From a virus, in IMG/VR virus record IMGVR_UViG_3300026116_000003, positions 1 through 64,000 of that record: a stretch of DNA of 64,000 bases; one strand, written 5' to 3'. Of the stretch, positions 55,462 to 64,000 are shown one piece after another. Made by a program: the position numbers and the translations under genes. Numbering within the stretch: position 1 is the first letter of the stretch; every line of letters starts with the position of its first letter. Below the pieces are notes generated by a model that was not told the DNA's origin, made no database searches, and saw only the letters and a program-made list of their open reading frames with translations.

Positions 55462-56402
55462 AAACCAGTCCGGTTGCCAAAAAGGTAATTCAAATAGTCA
55501 TAGCCATCGCCACCTGAAGTATATTGACCTTCACGGATAATCTTCAACCCCTTTACTGGAAGCTCCAACTCGTAGAGGAGCAAAGAAAATTGAGTCTCCG
55601 GAGCGAAAACATAGTCATTCTTTTGGGCAGTATTGTAAGTATTGTGCTTCCGGTTCGTAATCAAGCCCATCCGATTAAGATTAGGGAACAAGCGCTCGGC
55701 TACTTCCCGCCCAGAGAACCAACAAAAGTCATCAGCCCATTCCATCTCGTCAAATGAGATATTGCCGCGCACGCTCCCGCAAACAAATAGGGCATTCAAG
55801 TCGTCTATGTAGCGCCGGATATCCCAAGACCAGTCTACCACGAAGTCCGGCCGCGCTCGCATAACGTAAGCATAACGAGCGCCCCGCTGGACTTCGTGCC
55901 GCTCCATGGCTTCGTAGCACGTCCGCACACGGTGATACTGGTCAACTACGTAGCCAATCCCGGCGTCTTCCGGCAGCACGTCGTTCCCACTACACGGCGG
56001 CGGCAGTCTTCGTAATCTATTCTCCGCCTGATAGAGCTTGATTGCTTCGGCCATCTTCCGCCGGTTAAGCGCTACAGTCAGTTGGTCAGACAAGCTCTGG
56101 TCTTCGACGAACAATATCTGCTTGAGCACTTCCGGCCCGAGCAACTCGGCAATCTCCATTACTTCCGAACTGGTAACCAGACGCTCCTCTCGCACGATAG
56201 TCCTGCCTTTCTCGTGCCAGGTTAAGCGGTTGGCTGAAGAGACAACCAGCGGAGTAGACGGAGCCTTGCGAAGCATATTTTTCCACGACGTCACAATAAA
56301 GACGTCCGCTTCACTCGGCCGGGCTAAGTTGTCGCGCAAAGAGGGGAGCGAATTACGCCAACTCCCCAGCCGGCCGGATAATAAGATAGCCGTCTGGTTC
56401 AC
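55458..56402 (-). CDS. putative glycosyltransferase
   Basis: AILLSGRL, YVMRARPD, ADDFCW, PETQF. Confidence 0.6.
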   Translation of the reverse strand: MNQTAILLSGRLGSWRNSLPSLRDNLARPSEADVFIVTSWKNMLRKAPSTPLVVSSANRLTWHEKGRTIVREERLVTSSEVMEIAELLGPEVLKQILFVEDQSLSDQLTVALNRRKMAEAIKLYQAENRLRRLPPPCSGNDVLPEDAGIGYVVDQYHRVRTCYEAMERHEVQRGARYAYVMRARPDFVVDWSWDIRRYIDDLNALFVCGSVRGNISFDEMEWADDFCWFSGREVAERLFPNLNRMGLITNRKHNTYNTAQKNDYVFAPETQFSLLLYELELPVKGLKIIREGQYTSGGDGYDYLNYLFGNRTGL

Positions 56403-56677
56403 GCTCCCCGCTCGGCCATCGCTTTGTCCAGCTGCGCCACTTTTTCTGGAGTCAGCATGGCAATTACTTTTCGCGCATGCTCCGGCAGTTCCCGAAGGTG
56501 TTTGTCGCCGGGCAGTTTTAATACCCGCGATACGTCGAGCGTCAGCATCGTCATCTCGTTGATTTGGTTTTGCAGCTCGGCTAACTGCCGGCCGGCGTCC
56601 GGTTTGAGACTAGGACTAGGGTTTGGACTAGGACTTGGATTCATAATTTTCCTTTGTTTTGGTTTGCTTCGTGCCAT
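56399..56677 (-). CDS. hypothetical protein with SP/NP repeats
   Basis: NPSPSPNPSPSLKP. Confidence 0.5.
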   Translation of the reverse strand: MARSKPKQRKIMNPSPSPNPSPSLKPDAGRQLAELQNQINEMTMLTLDVSRVLKLPGDKHLRELPEHARKVIAMLTPEKVAQLDKAMAERGA

Positions 56678-57408
56678 TCAAATTTCGTCGGGTCAAAGTC
56701 TTCCATACGTTGCGCGAACCAGTATGGGCCGAGCTTGCTGAAGCCAGAGAAGATAGTCATCCCCTTGCCGATATCCGACTTGTTGTCTCGTTGAATAACG
56801 CTGCCGGGGACGAAAGCGAAAGTTTGCAACCGCGGTTGGATTTGAATCATTGCCCAGTCAATTCCCATACTCAAGTCCAGCCACTCGTCCAGCAGGTGCA
56901 ATACTCGCTCAATACTCCGGTCGCGCACGATGTAAGCGTAAGTGCAAAAAGCGCCGAACGTCCGCAAGATATGCGGGTCCTCGGTTGTCTCCGCGTCGCG
57001 CCCCAAGTCTTGCTTGTGCCAATACGGAGGGTTGACGTGGAACGTGGCGCCGAGCCACAGGATATCCCACCAATTGCACTTCGCTAAGTACTGCTCCATA
57101 TAATGCAACCGCAAGTGGAAGTCTTTGCAGAATATCAAATCGTCTTCCATTACCCAAGCGTGCTTCTTTTGCTTGAGTGCTTCCTGCATGATTTTGACTT
57201 GAGAAAACCAGCACCCTATCGCTCCAGGAGTCCGGTTCTGCATAACTTCCACTCGCTTGGGGTTGCCCTTGTATTCGCTCGGGAGCATCCCGCGCACGCG
57301 AGTAGCGGGGATATGAGCTTCGTTGCAAGCTTTCGTCATCAAGTCCAGCCGGTCCCAACGGCTATCGAGGTTGACGAAGCGGATACAACTTTCTTCAATT
57401 AAGTTCAT
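56641..57408 (-). CDS. glycosyltransferase family 25
   Basis: VNLDSRWDR, GAIGCWFS, VMEDD, WDILWLG. Confidence 0.88.
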   Translation of the reverse strand: MNLIEESCIRFVNLDSRWDRLDLMTKACNEAHIPATRVRGMLPSEYKGNPKRVEVMQNRTPGAIGCWFSQVKIMQEALKQKKHAWVMEDDLIFCKDFHLRLHYMEQYLAKCNWWDILWLGATFHVNPPYWHKQDLGRDAETTEDPHILRTFGAFCTYAYIVRDRSIERVLHLLDEWLDLSMGIDWAMIQIQPRLQTFAFVPGSVIQRDNKSDIGKGMTIFSGFSKLGPYWFAQRMEDFDPTKFEWHEANQNKGKL

Positions 57409-57935
57409 AAAGTAGGGAGGCGAGCGACGAGAATATCACCAATATATTCAGAAGAGTTGACGAAAGAGATTTCAAAGTCTGGATTGATTCTAGCCAGAGC
57501 CATCTTTACTTCGTCCAGCGCGGGGAGCTCTCCACCGAACAAGCGCACGTCATCAATCAGTATCGTATGGTCTTTGATTTCGTGTAGAGAGATAAGCAGC
57601 AGCTCTTCTATCAAGGGACAATCTTCCACATCTCCGCTACCAGAGCCGCAAGCGTGAGCGTCGAGCCAAAACGTGCAGCGGGTCGTTACTTGCGGCAGCA
57701 AGTCCCGGAGGAACTGGCGGGAATCTGTATTGTAAATATGGACCTTAGTCCCAAATTTCTCAAACCGGCAAGCGCACCAGCCATAGTCAAAGAGGTTGAG
57801 CTCTACCGAATAAATACATTTGAAGCCGGCGTCCAGCGCCGCTTGAATTCCATTGCCGCGATGGCTCCCCGTCTCGATAAAGACCTGGTTGCGGTAGTCG
57901 CTCAAGAAGTATTTGGGACGAGGGATTGGCATCAA
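57405..57935 (-). CDS. class I SAM methyltransferase-like protein
   Basis: FIETGSHRG.G, SVEL, FWLDAH, ILIDDVRLF. Confidence 0.75.
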   Translation of the reverse strand: MMPIPRPKYFLSDYRNQVFIETGSHRGNGIQAALDAGFKCIYSVELNLFDYGWCACRFEKFGTKVHIYNTDSRQFLRDLLPQVTTRCTFWLDAHACGSGSGDVEDCPLIEELLLISLHEIKDHTILIDDVRLFGGELPALDEVKMALARINPDFEISFVNSSEYIGDILVARLPTL

Positions 57936-58684
57936 TCAAGTCTTTCCCACTCGGGCGGCACGATATCGCTCGTGTCTAAGTTCGCCCAGCCAGAAGTTAT
58001 CCAGTGAGCCGGCATGATGACTTGCTTTTCTACGTTCTGGTTCAGCCACGCTCCCCACCAACTGAACGTGCTGGCAGAGCAAATATGGTGCTCGCAACCA
58101 GACATCTTTTCCAAGTCGCTTTCTTCGTCCAATCCCTCCGAGAACCGGCAATCCGAACGAGCGCCAAACGTAGTCTTGCACCACTCGATATCGTCAGAGA
58201 AGAAAAGAAACTCAGCGCCGGGAAACTGTTCCATTGCCCGCTCATACCACTCCTTCGTTACCGGAGGGTGCTTGAACATGGCTCCACGCTTGACAGTCAA
58301 GTAGTCTCCACGTCGCACGTGCACTGATACCGTTCCGAGCAACGGAATCCAGCTGAAACTAAAAGCGTTCAGAATCTGGCGCCGGTAGTCCTTGAAATAC
58401 TTTTCGCTCTGCCAGTAGCCGTCGAGGATAATATTCTTGCTGCGCCAATACTCGTCGAAAGCAATCGGCGAGTAGTTGTGCCCCTTTTCTTTCAGCTTCA
58501 CCCAAGCATTCTTCGAGTCCCACTTGGGGTTGACCAGGTGCTGGAGATAAATCGGATGGTCAGTAGCGTCCCGAGTCGTGCTCGGCACGGTAAAATCTAG
58601 CGCGTGCTTCCAAGCGTAAGCCATCGCAGTGGCAGCTTGAAAAAGAAAGTTGCCCATGCGCCCGACGTTGTGAAACGTAACCAT
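57932..58684 (-). CDS. alpha-1,2-fucosyltransferase (GT11)
   Basis: GRMGNFLFQ, GYWQSEKYF, HVRRGDY, FSDDIEWC, STFSWWGAWL. Confidence 0.92.
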   Translation of the reverse strand: MVTFHNVGRMGNFLFQAATAMAYAWKHALDFTVPSTTRDATDHPIYLQHLVNPKWDSKNAWVKLKEKGHNYSPIAFDEYWRSKNIILDGYWQSEKYFKDYRRQILNAFSFSWIPLLGTVSVHVRRGDYLTVKRGAMFKHPPVTKEWYERAMEQFPGAEFLFFSDDIEWCKTTFGARSDCRFSEGLDEESDLEKMSGCEHHICSASTFSWWGAWLNQNVEKQVIMPAHWITSGWANLDTSDIVPPEWERLD

Positions 58685-58757
58685 TATCGATTCTCTGTCC
58701 AGATTAAGAAGCCAACAGTGGCTAAGAACACGACCGCAACTATTGCATCGGCCCAAT

Positions 58758-59456
58758 TCATTTCATTTCCCTTAGTTTCCGTTCGATTTGTTTTGCCAGA
58801 TTGCCGGTCTTATGGCACTCAGTTTTATAGTGGCTGCCGGCGTGAACTCGATGTTTGTATTGCAAACCAGGGACAAAGTAAAGTCGATTGCCATCCTTAA
58901 GCCAGTTGTAATTCTGAAACAGGCTATCTGCCGTATGCGGGTCTACTCGACTATCCCATACGCGAGAGTATTCGTCCCGGTTAAAGAAATAGTTAGCCGT
59001 ATTGAGCGCAGTAAGGAAAGAAGGGCGGTCTACATAGCTCGCCACGTTGTGCCGGTCAATCGTCTTGCCGGCAAAGTGGCGGTAGTCAAACGAAGGCGCA
59101 GCGTAAGTTGGCAAGTAAGCCGTCTGCGAGTCCCAAGGCATTTCGTGGAAGATTGCATCCAAGTAATCTGGCCCCATTATATTATCAGAGTCAAACAAAA
59201 TTACCCAGTCGCTCGGAGCTCGCTCGACAGCTTCTTTCTTGTTCCGGTAGCAGTCGAGGTTCTGCGCGTTGCGCGACAAGAGCACATTCGGATTGCCAGC
59301 GAAGTAAGCGAGCAGCTTTTCCCAGCTGCCATCGGTGCTGGCGTCGTCAGAGATAACAATCTCTCGAATCCGCGGGTCGTCTTTGACTTGAGCGATGGCT
59401 TCGAGGAGAAAGTCGAAGCGATTGAAAGTGGTTAAAGCTAAAGTAACCTGCCTCAT
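58758..59456 (-). CDS. glycosyltransferase family 2
   Basis: TTFNR, VISDDASTDGS, ILFDSD. Confidence 0.88.
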   Translation of the reverse strand: MRQVTLALTTFNRFDFLLEAIAQVKDDPRIREIVISDDASTDGSWEKLLAYFAGNPNVLLSRNAQNLDCYRNKKEAVERAPSDWVILFDSDNIMGPDYLDAIFHEMPWDSQTAYLPTYAAPSFDYRHFAGKTIDRHNVASYVDRPSFLTALNTANYFFNRDEYSRVWDSRVDPHTADSLFQNYNWLKDGNRLYFVPGLQYKHRVHAGSHYKTECHKTGNLAKQIERKLREMK

Positions 59457-59626
59457 TTGCCCATATAAAGTCTTTCAGCTTCTTCTCTCGATACGCCCCG
59501 CGCTATCGCTTGCTTTACCGCCAGCTCGTCTGCAGCCCGCTCAGCGCGAGGATTGTCCAAGATTTCCTCATGGATTTCTTTGTCTTGCTTGACTCCGCCT
59601 TCTATATAAAACATTTCATCGCCCAT
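59453..59626 (-). CDS. small hypothetical protein downstream of the MuF fusion
   Basis: MGDEMFYIEGG... preceded by GAGATAATA. Confidence 0.55.
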   Translation of the reverse strand: MGDEMFYIEGGVKQDKEIHEEILDNPRAERAADELAVKQAIARGVSREEAERLYMGK

Positions 59627-59633
59627 AGTCTTA

Positions 59634-61889
59634 TTATCTCTTCTGCGCGATATACTCCCTAAAAACTTTGTAGTCATCGGCATTAGTTAAGTTCAAAGCG
59701 CCATTCCAATTACTATTCAACAAAGCGGCTTTACCAACAGGTATCGGCTCTCCCTTTACAAATACTTTCCCGAATCCGAATCCCTTAATCGGGATAACTT
59801 CTTCCTTCAACGCGGCCAGCTCACGAATTGATTTGGGGTCTTTTGACGCGAAGATTCTTTCCAAAGCTGCCGCTGTCTCATCTGATACTGACATCTTGTT
59901 CGGTAAATAATTTGCGTCTCCTCTAATGCTCCTTTCCGCCGCTAACTCACTTTGTGAAATAAACCGAGCTCCAGTATATTTTTTCAATTCCTTCCACTCT
60001 GTAGCATTCGGGGTAAACCCGTATCGCGCCCACGCGTAGCCGCCCACGTCAATGTTTGCATTAAGCTCAATTCTTTCCACACCGAGATGGTCCCATATTT
60101 TGATTTGATTGCTGGCAAGAGTTTTAGAGATAGACCCTCCCTGAAGCCCGTCTCCTAGCTTTAGATAAGAATTTTCAACCGTCTTTGTGACGGGGTGGTA
60201 ATACCGATTGAAGCTTATGCTTATCTTGCCGATTTCTTCTTCTGTAGCGCTCGCCGGAAACATACTTAGCGGCTGGTATCCAGCAAATGACCAACGCTCG
60301 CCAGACCGACTTATTTGCAATTCAATCCCATGCTTCTCTACTCCGGCCAGCATAACTTTTTTGAACTTCTCCGGACTCATACTAAAGTCTTTTTGAAACT
60401 TCGCTATGTCCTCCGGCGTGCCGAACTGTATTCCTTTAGCTCCCAAATCTCTTCGTATTATTCCCAACTGGTAATCTGTCTTCCCCTCCGTCACAATCAA
60501 CTTGTCAGCAGCTTCTGTAAGGTGTCCTACTCCGTAGCGTTCGAAAGTAGCCGGCGCAGCTTCTTTGACTGCTTCTTTCGCCGCAGCTTGCTCGGCGAAT
60601 ATACGAATATTGACATTCTCGGCTTGAGCTTCTAACTCCGGCCAGTAGACTCTTGCTTTGATAGTATCGCGCCCCGCTACCGCAGCCGCTGCAGCTGTAT
60701 GGTGTCCGTCGTTTATTACATACCGGTCTCCGACTTTTACTACGTCCACTTGTGCTCTAGCCACGTTGAAATCTTCAGCGATGCCAGCAACTTTATCAGC
60801 TCCAATCCAGTCTTGCGTGACAATCAAATCCTTTATAGCTACCTCTTGACTCTTAATAAATTCACCCTTTTCTATAAATTCTGCTTGTCCAGCAAAGATT
60901 TTCGGAGCGTCTACCCATACTCCGGTAGTATCTCGCCAATCGATAGCTACTGGAGCTTGCTCGGCAACTTTCTCAGCTGTTGCTGGTATCCACGCGCAGC
61001 GGCAATTCGGGTGGAGCGGAATTAGCCCATGAGCGTCTTCCGCATCGAATACTTTCCCCTCCATCGCTGCGCACTCTTCGCATACGCGGTCGTCTCCGGC
61101 GGTAGACCACTCTGCTTTGACTCCGAGCTCAGTTACCCCTAGACGCTCGAAAGCATCGAGCTGCCCCTCAGCGTGAGCGAAGATTGTCTCGGTCCGGGCA
61201 ATCAATAGCGCCCGGGTATTCGTCAAGTTGTCGATATTGTCCGCCATCTCTTTGGCAATCTCCGTGGGACCGCTCCCGTCAATCATCCCTTGCGACAGGA
61301 TGCGGTTCATATTGCTCCCCATCTGCGCTGTCACGCCTTTCAAGTCCTCGAAAGAGCGAGTCGCCAGCAGTTCAATCTTCGACCGCGTTTCGGGCTGGTT
61401 GAAAGACTGGCGAAGAAACTCAGCTTGGCTTTGGTCGATATGCTTGGGGTCGGTCGAGTCGAGCGCACTACGGCTGGCGAGATAAGCGTTGAGCTGCCCT
61501 TGCTTGTAGGCGCTCGTAACGTAGGGAGTCATCCACGGCTTGTCGGCTGGCGTGCCTGGAGTCGGGGAAAAGATATCCGCCTTGACTTGTTGCGCGAACC
61601 ATTCCTGGAATGCGCTTATCTTGCCGGCGTCAGTGCGGAATTGAAACTCCCTGGGGCTGGCGTGAGTAACAAAGGGGTTTGTCTTTTCTCCGAGCCCTAG
61701 CGCGTCCTGCTCCGCGATAAACTCCTTGACGTGCGCTTTGAGCTTGCGAAAGCGCCGAGCCATCTCAGCTACGAAGCGCTTCCGGACCATCGTAGTCCGC
61801 GTCGGGTCTTTCTTGAGCGGATTGGCTCGATTACGGACGAAGCGAGTCCGCAAGTCCAGTTTCGGCGGCTTAGCAAGAGTTAAAAGCAC
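59634..61889 (-). CDS. MuF/SPP1 gp7 minor head protein fused to ParB-like and GNAT-like domains
   Basis: DPTRT, IARTET..AH.EG, W.TAGDDRVC.EC, PLHPNCRC; INDGHH; LNANIDVGGYAWARYGF. Confidence 0.85.
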   Translation of the reverse strand: MLLTLAKPPKLDLRTRFVRNRANPLKKDPTRTTMVRKRFVAEMARRFRKLKAHVKEFIAEQDALGLGEKTNPFVTHASPREFQFRTDAGKISAFQEWFAQQVKADIFSPTPGTPADKPWMTPYVTSAYKQGQLNAYLASRSALDSTDPKHIDQSQAEFLRQSFNQPETRSKIELLATRSFEDLKGVTAQMGSNMNRILSQGMIDGSGPTEIAKEMADNIDNLTNTRALLIARTETIFAHAEGQLDAFERLGVTELGVKAEWSTAGDDRVCEECAAMEGKVFDAEDAHGLIPLHPNCRCAWIPATAEKVAEQAPVAIDWRDTTGVWVDAPKIFAGQAEFIEKGEFIKSQEVAIKDLIVTQDWIGADKVAGIAEDFNVARAQVDVVKVGDRYVINDGHHTAAAAAVAGRDTIKARVYWPELEAQAENVNIRIFAEQAAAKEAVKEAAPATFERYGVGHLTEAADKLIVTEGKTDYQLGIIRRDLGAKGIQFGTPEDIAKFQKDFSMSPEKFKKVMLAGVEKHGIELQISRSGERWSFAGYQPLSMFPASATEEEIGKISISFNRYYHPVTKTVENSYLKLGDGLQGGSISKTLASNQIKIWDHLGVERIELNANIDVGGYAWARYGFTPNATEWKELKKYTGARFISQSELAAERSIRGDANYLPNKMSVSDETAAALERIFASKDPKSIRELAALKEEVIPIKGFGFGKVFVKGEPIPVGKAALLNSNWNGALNLTNADDYKVFREYIAQKR

Positions 61890-61924
61890 GTAATTTAGCG
61901 CAAGGACACGCTTAGGAGCGATGT

Positions 61925-63418
61925 TTAAGCGTCGTTACGAGTAAACGGGGCCGGCTTGGCTGGCGCTCCGTTAGGCCGGCTTCCTGGCGGCTTCGCTCCA
62001 GGCGCCACGATAACTGGAACGGGGTCCGGCTTGCCGGCTTGCTTGAGCGTTCCGTCTTCGTCCAACGTCTGCTCTTCCGAAGCGTCGACGACAGCTTGGG
62101 CTTCTTCGTCGCTCATGCCCAGTATCAACGTAAGGTAAAGGAACGGCGGCATCAAAGCGTCGACTCCGCCCTGCACGTATTTCGCCAGCGCGTTGGTTTG
62201 CTTCTCGGTCACGTCGGCTTTCTCAGTATCGCTCGGGCTGTTCAAGTCTTTCCAGTCCACGCAAAGGTCGTTTTCTTCCTTGAGCTCCGGCAGGATTCCG
62301 ATATTGACCAGTCTCTGAATAAACGGGCGCACGATAAACGGGTTCACGTAGTCTTGCCGCCGGCGGTTCAAGCGTCGATTCCAAGTCCGCGTATCCTGCC
62401 CGCTAGCCAACTGAGCTTGCTCGCTTCCAATCAGCACGCGCCACGGGACTCCGAGCGTAGCCGAGATAAGCTTGAGGTGGACTTCCACGTGCGGACTGGG
62501 GTCAGCGATATTGACCGCGAGCGACTTTACTTGCAGCCCCACGGTAGCGATGTAGCGCTGGAGCCCGTTCATATAGTCTTCCATCTGCTTCTTCGTCGCG
62601 GGAATATCGAGCTCAATCTCTTCTCCGTCCTTGCCGGCGTTGGTTTCCAGGCTATAGCCAGGGAAGCCACCTTTCCAAAACATCTCGCCGGAACCGCCGG
62701 CTACTTTCCGCAAGTCGAGCAGACGGTTGAAGACTTTCTCCATGCGAGGCGTGCCATAAATCTCCGAGTTGGTCCGGTTGTCCGCGATATGAATAATCCG
62801 GCTCCAGTGGACGTCCACCAGCTGCGTCGAAGAAGTCTCGTTAGTAGCCGCTGTATCAGCAAACTGAATTTGATAAGACGTCGGCAAGCCGTAGCGCGGG
62901 TTCGTCGCATCTCCTTGCAACGCTCCGATAGTCACCAGAGACTCGTCGAGCGGGCGCACGTAAAGCAACTCCCGCTCCTGATTACTTACTTTGTCTCCAG
63001 CTTCGTCTATTCCATCGACCGGTTGATTCAGCGAAAGCCCATCATCTATCCCCAGCAAAATCACTCCGAACCGGCCGATGCCACTTAAGACGTCGGCCCG
63101 TTGGAGATAAGACAGGAGTGACATCCGGCCATTCAACTCTTTCCAAGCTGTCTCAAATTCTGTTTCTTCGGGGTCTTCAGTCTCGTAAATCTCGGGGTCG
63201 TCGCTCCAAGTCTCTTCCGGAATCACGCTGACGACTCGCGCTGCCAAGTCGCCACGCTTCCAGAATTGCATATAGTCAGAAGTAGTCAGAGAAGCGGGGT
63301 AGCCACATTCCTTGTCAAGGTCTTTGCGCGGGTCGAGCAGCTTGGCAAGCCACGCTTGGCGGGAAGTAAAAGTATTGCGAAGTAGTTGGGCGATATTGAA
63401 CGTCGGTTTCTTAGCCAT
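61925..63418 (-). CDS. portal protein (DUF1073-like)
   Basis: RGDLAARVV..PEETW, VHWSRIIH, GGSGEMFW, GVPWRVLIGSE. Confidence 0.85.
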   Translation of the reverse strand: MAKKPTFNIAQLLRNTFTSRQAWLAKLLDPRKDLDKECGYPASLTTSDYMQFWKRGDLAARVVSVIPEETWSDDPEIYETEDPEETEFETAWKELNGRMSLLSYLQRADVLSGIGRFGVILLGIDDGLSLNQPVDGIDEAGDKVSNQERELLYVRPLDESLVTIGALQGDATNPRYGLPTSYQIQFADTAATNETSSTQLVDVHWSRIIHIADNRTNSEIYGTPRMEKVFNRLLDLRKVAGGSGEMFWKGGFPGYSLETNAGKDGEEIELDIPATKKQMEDYMNGLQRYIATVGLQVKSLAVNIADPSPHVEVHLKLISATLGVPWRVLIGSEQAQLASGQDTRTWNRRLNRRRQDYVNPFIVRPFIQRLVNIGILPELKEENDLCVDWKDLNSPSDTEKADVTEKQTNALAKYVQGGVDALMPPFLYLTLILGMSDEEAQAVVDASEEQTLDEDGTLKQAGKPDPVPVIVAPGAKPPGSRPNGAPAKPAPFTRNDA

Positions 63419-63437
63419 GGCTGAGAACCCTACTACG

Positions 63438-63800
63438 TCAATTTGAAGTTACAAGCTTTTTAAGAACTTCCACCTCTTCGGGGTGCTCGTCCCGCCATTG
63501 CTGCCAGCTCTCGTCCGTCAGCTTGAACTTTATCCAGCTGGGGTGGTCCGGCTTCGGAGTAAATGGCGGCTGCGAAGTATCGCAACGCTTGCAGAATTGC
63601 TGGCCAGATTCAGCAATATACAGATGGTAGAAACAAAAGTAAAGGCCACAACCAAACTCTCCGCCGTAAGGTTCACCGCCGCAGACGTGCGCCAGCCCGC
63701 GGTCTATCTCGACGTTGCAACCGGGGTAGTCGCAGTAGGCCGGAACGCCGTAGCCGATATCCCGCTTCCACTTGCTATCGTATCCGATTGACCAGCCCAT
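63438..63800 (-). CDS. Cys/His-rich hypothetical phage protein
   Basis: GYGVPAYCDYPGC..IDRGL..VCG..P...GCGLYFC..H. Confidence 0.7.
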   Translation of the reverse strand: MGWSIGYDSKWKRDIGYGVPAYCDYPGCNVEIDRGLAHVCGGEPYGGEFGCGLYFCFYHLYIAESGQQFCKRCDTSQPPFTPKPDHPSWIKFKLTDESWQQWRDEHPEEVEVLKKLVTSN

Positions 63801-64000
63801 TTCGTATTCTCTTTTTATACGCCGCCTGCTTGCGCAGATGGTCGAGACACATATCGCTTATCGCAAAGCTTTTATTAGTGCAGAAGATGCACAGCCCCTT
63901 CTCCCGTTGCTTCGCTTGCCAGCGCAGCGTATTGGCGAGCCCTTGTCTCACGGCCGCCAGATTTCAGAGTCGTAGTCTCTATACTCTCCATCCGGTGGCT

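Noticed and set aside
61925-63418. Anti-CBASS Acb1 call sometimes attached to DUF1073 proteins
   Set aside because: Size, motifs and position before MuF indicate a portal; no phosphodiesterase HxT/S pair was recognised.
43-63975. Many long plus-strand ORFs (e.g. 16411..17223, 21601..22485, 34394..35536, 62039..63088)
   Set aside because: They are antisense shadows of well-supported minus-strand genes and carry no recognisable motifs.
1-64000. tRNAs, diversity-generating retroelement, alternative genetic code, integrase, endolysin
   Set aside because: No cloverleaf, reverse transcriptase, integrase or clear lysin was recognised by eye, and genes are intact in the standard code. These may lie outside the window.

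Overview
A 64-kb internal segment of a tailed dsDNA phage with a long non-contractile tail (siphovirus-like). Almost all genes are on the minus strand. One secreted-protein motif hints at a Verrucomicrobiota/PVC host. From left to right: (1) 0-10 kb, a replication module with gp32-like SSB, UvsY-like protein, DnaX clamp loader, a family-A DNA polymerase split into UDG+3'-5' exonuclease and polymerase genes, beta-clamp, DnaB and an initiator with internal iteron-like repeats. (2) 10-20.4 kb, an array of small genes punctuated by 12 copies of a 27-bp sigma28-type promoter motif (a 13th lies at 7.6 kb) and two copies of a complete sigma54-type promoter block. (3) 20.4-27.4 kb, primase, RHH regulator, SNF2 helicase, a phage sigma factor and an Mre11/Rad50 nuclease whose Rad50 is split across genes. 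(4) 27.4-52 kb, tail and head genes, with an accessory block (beta-helix depolymerase, J-domain protein, response regulator, lipoproteins, SGNH tail fibre). (5) 52-59.5 kb, a glycosyltransferase/methyltransferase cluster inside the head operon. (6) A MuF-ParB-GNAT-like fusion and the portal. The most notable signals are the three-class, largely leaderless promoter system (sigma28-like, sigma54-like, GAGATAATA) with cassette architecture, the putative virion-glycosylation island, and a dispersed structured repeat. All calls come from motif recognition by eye; no database searches were run.
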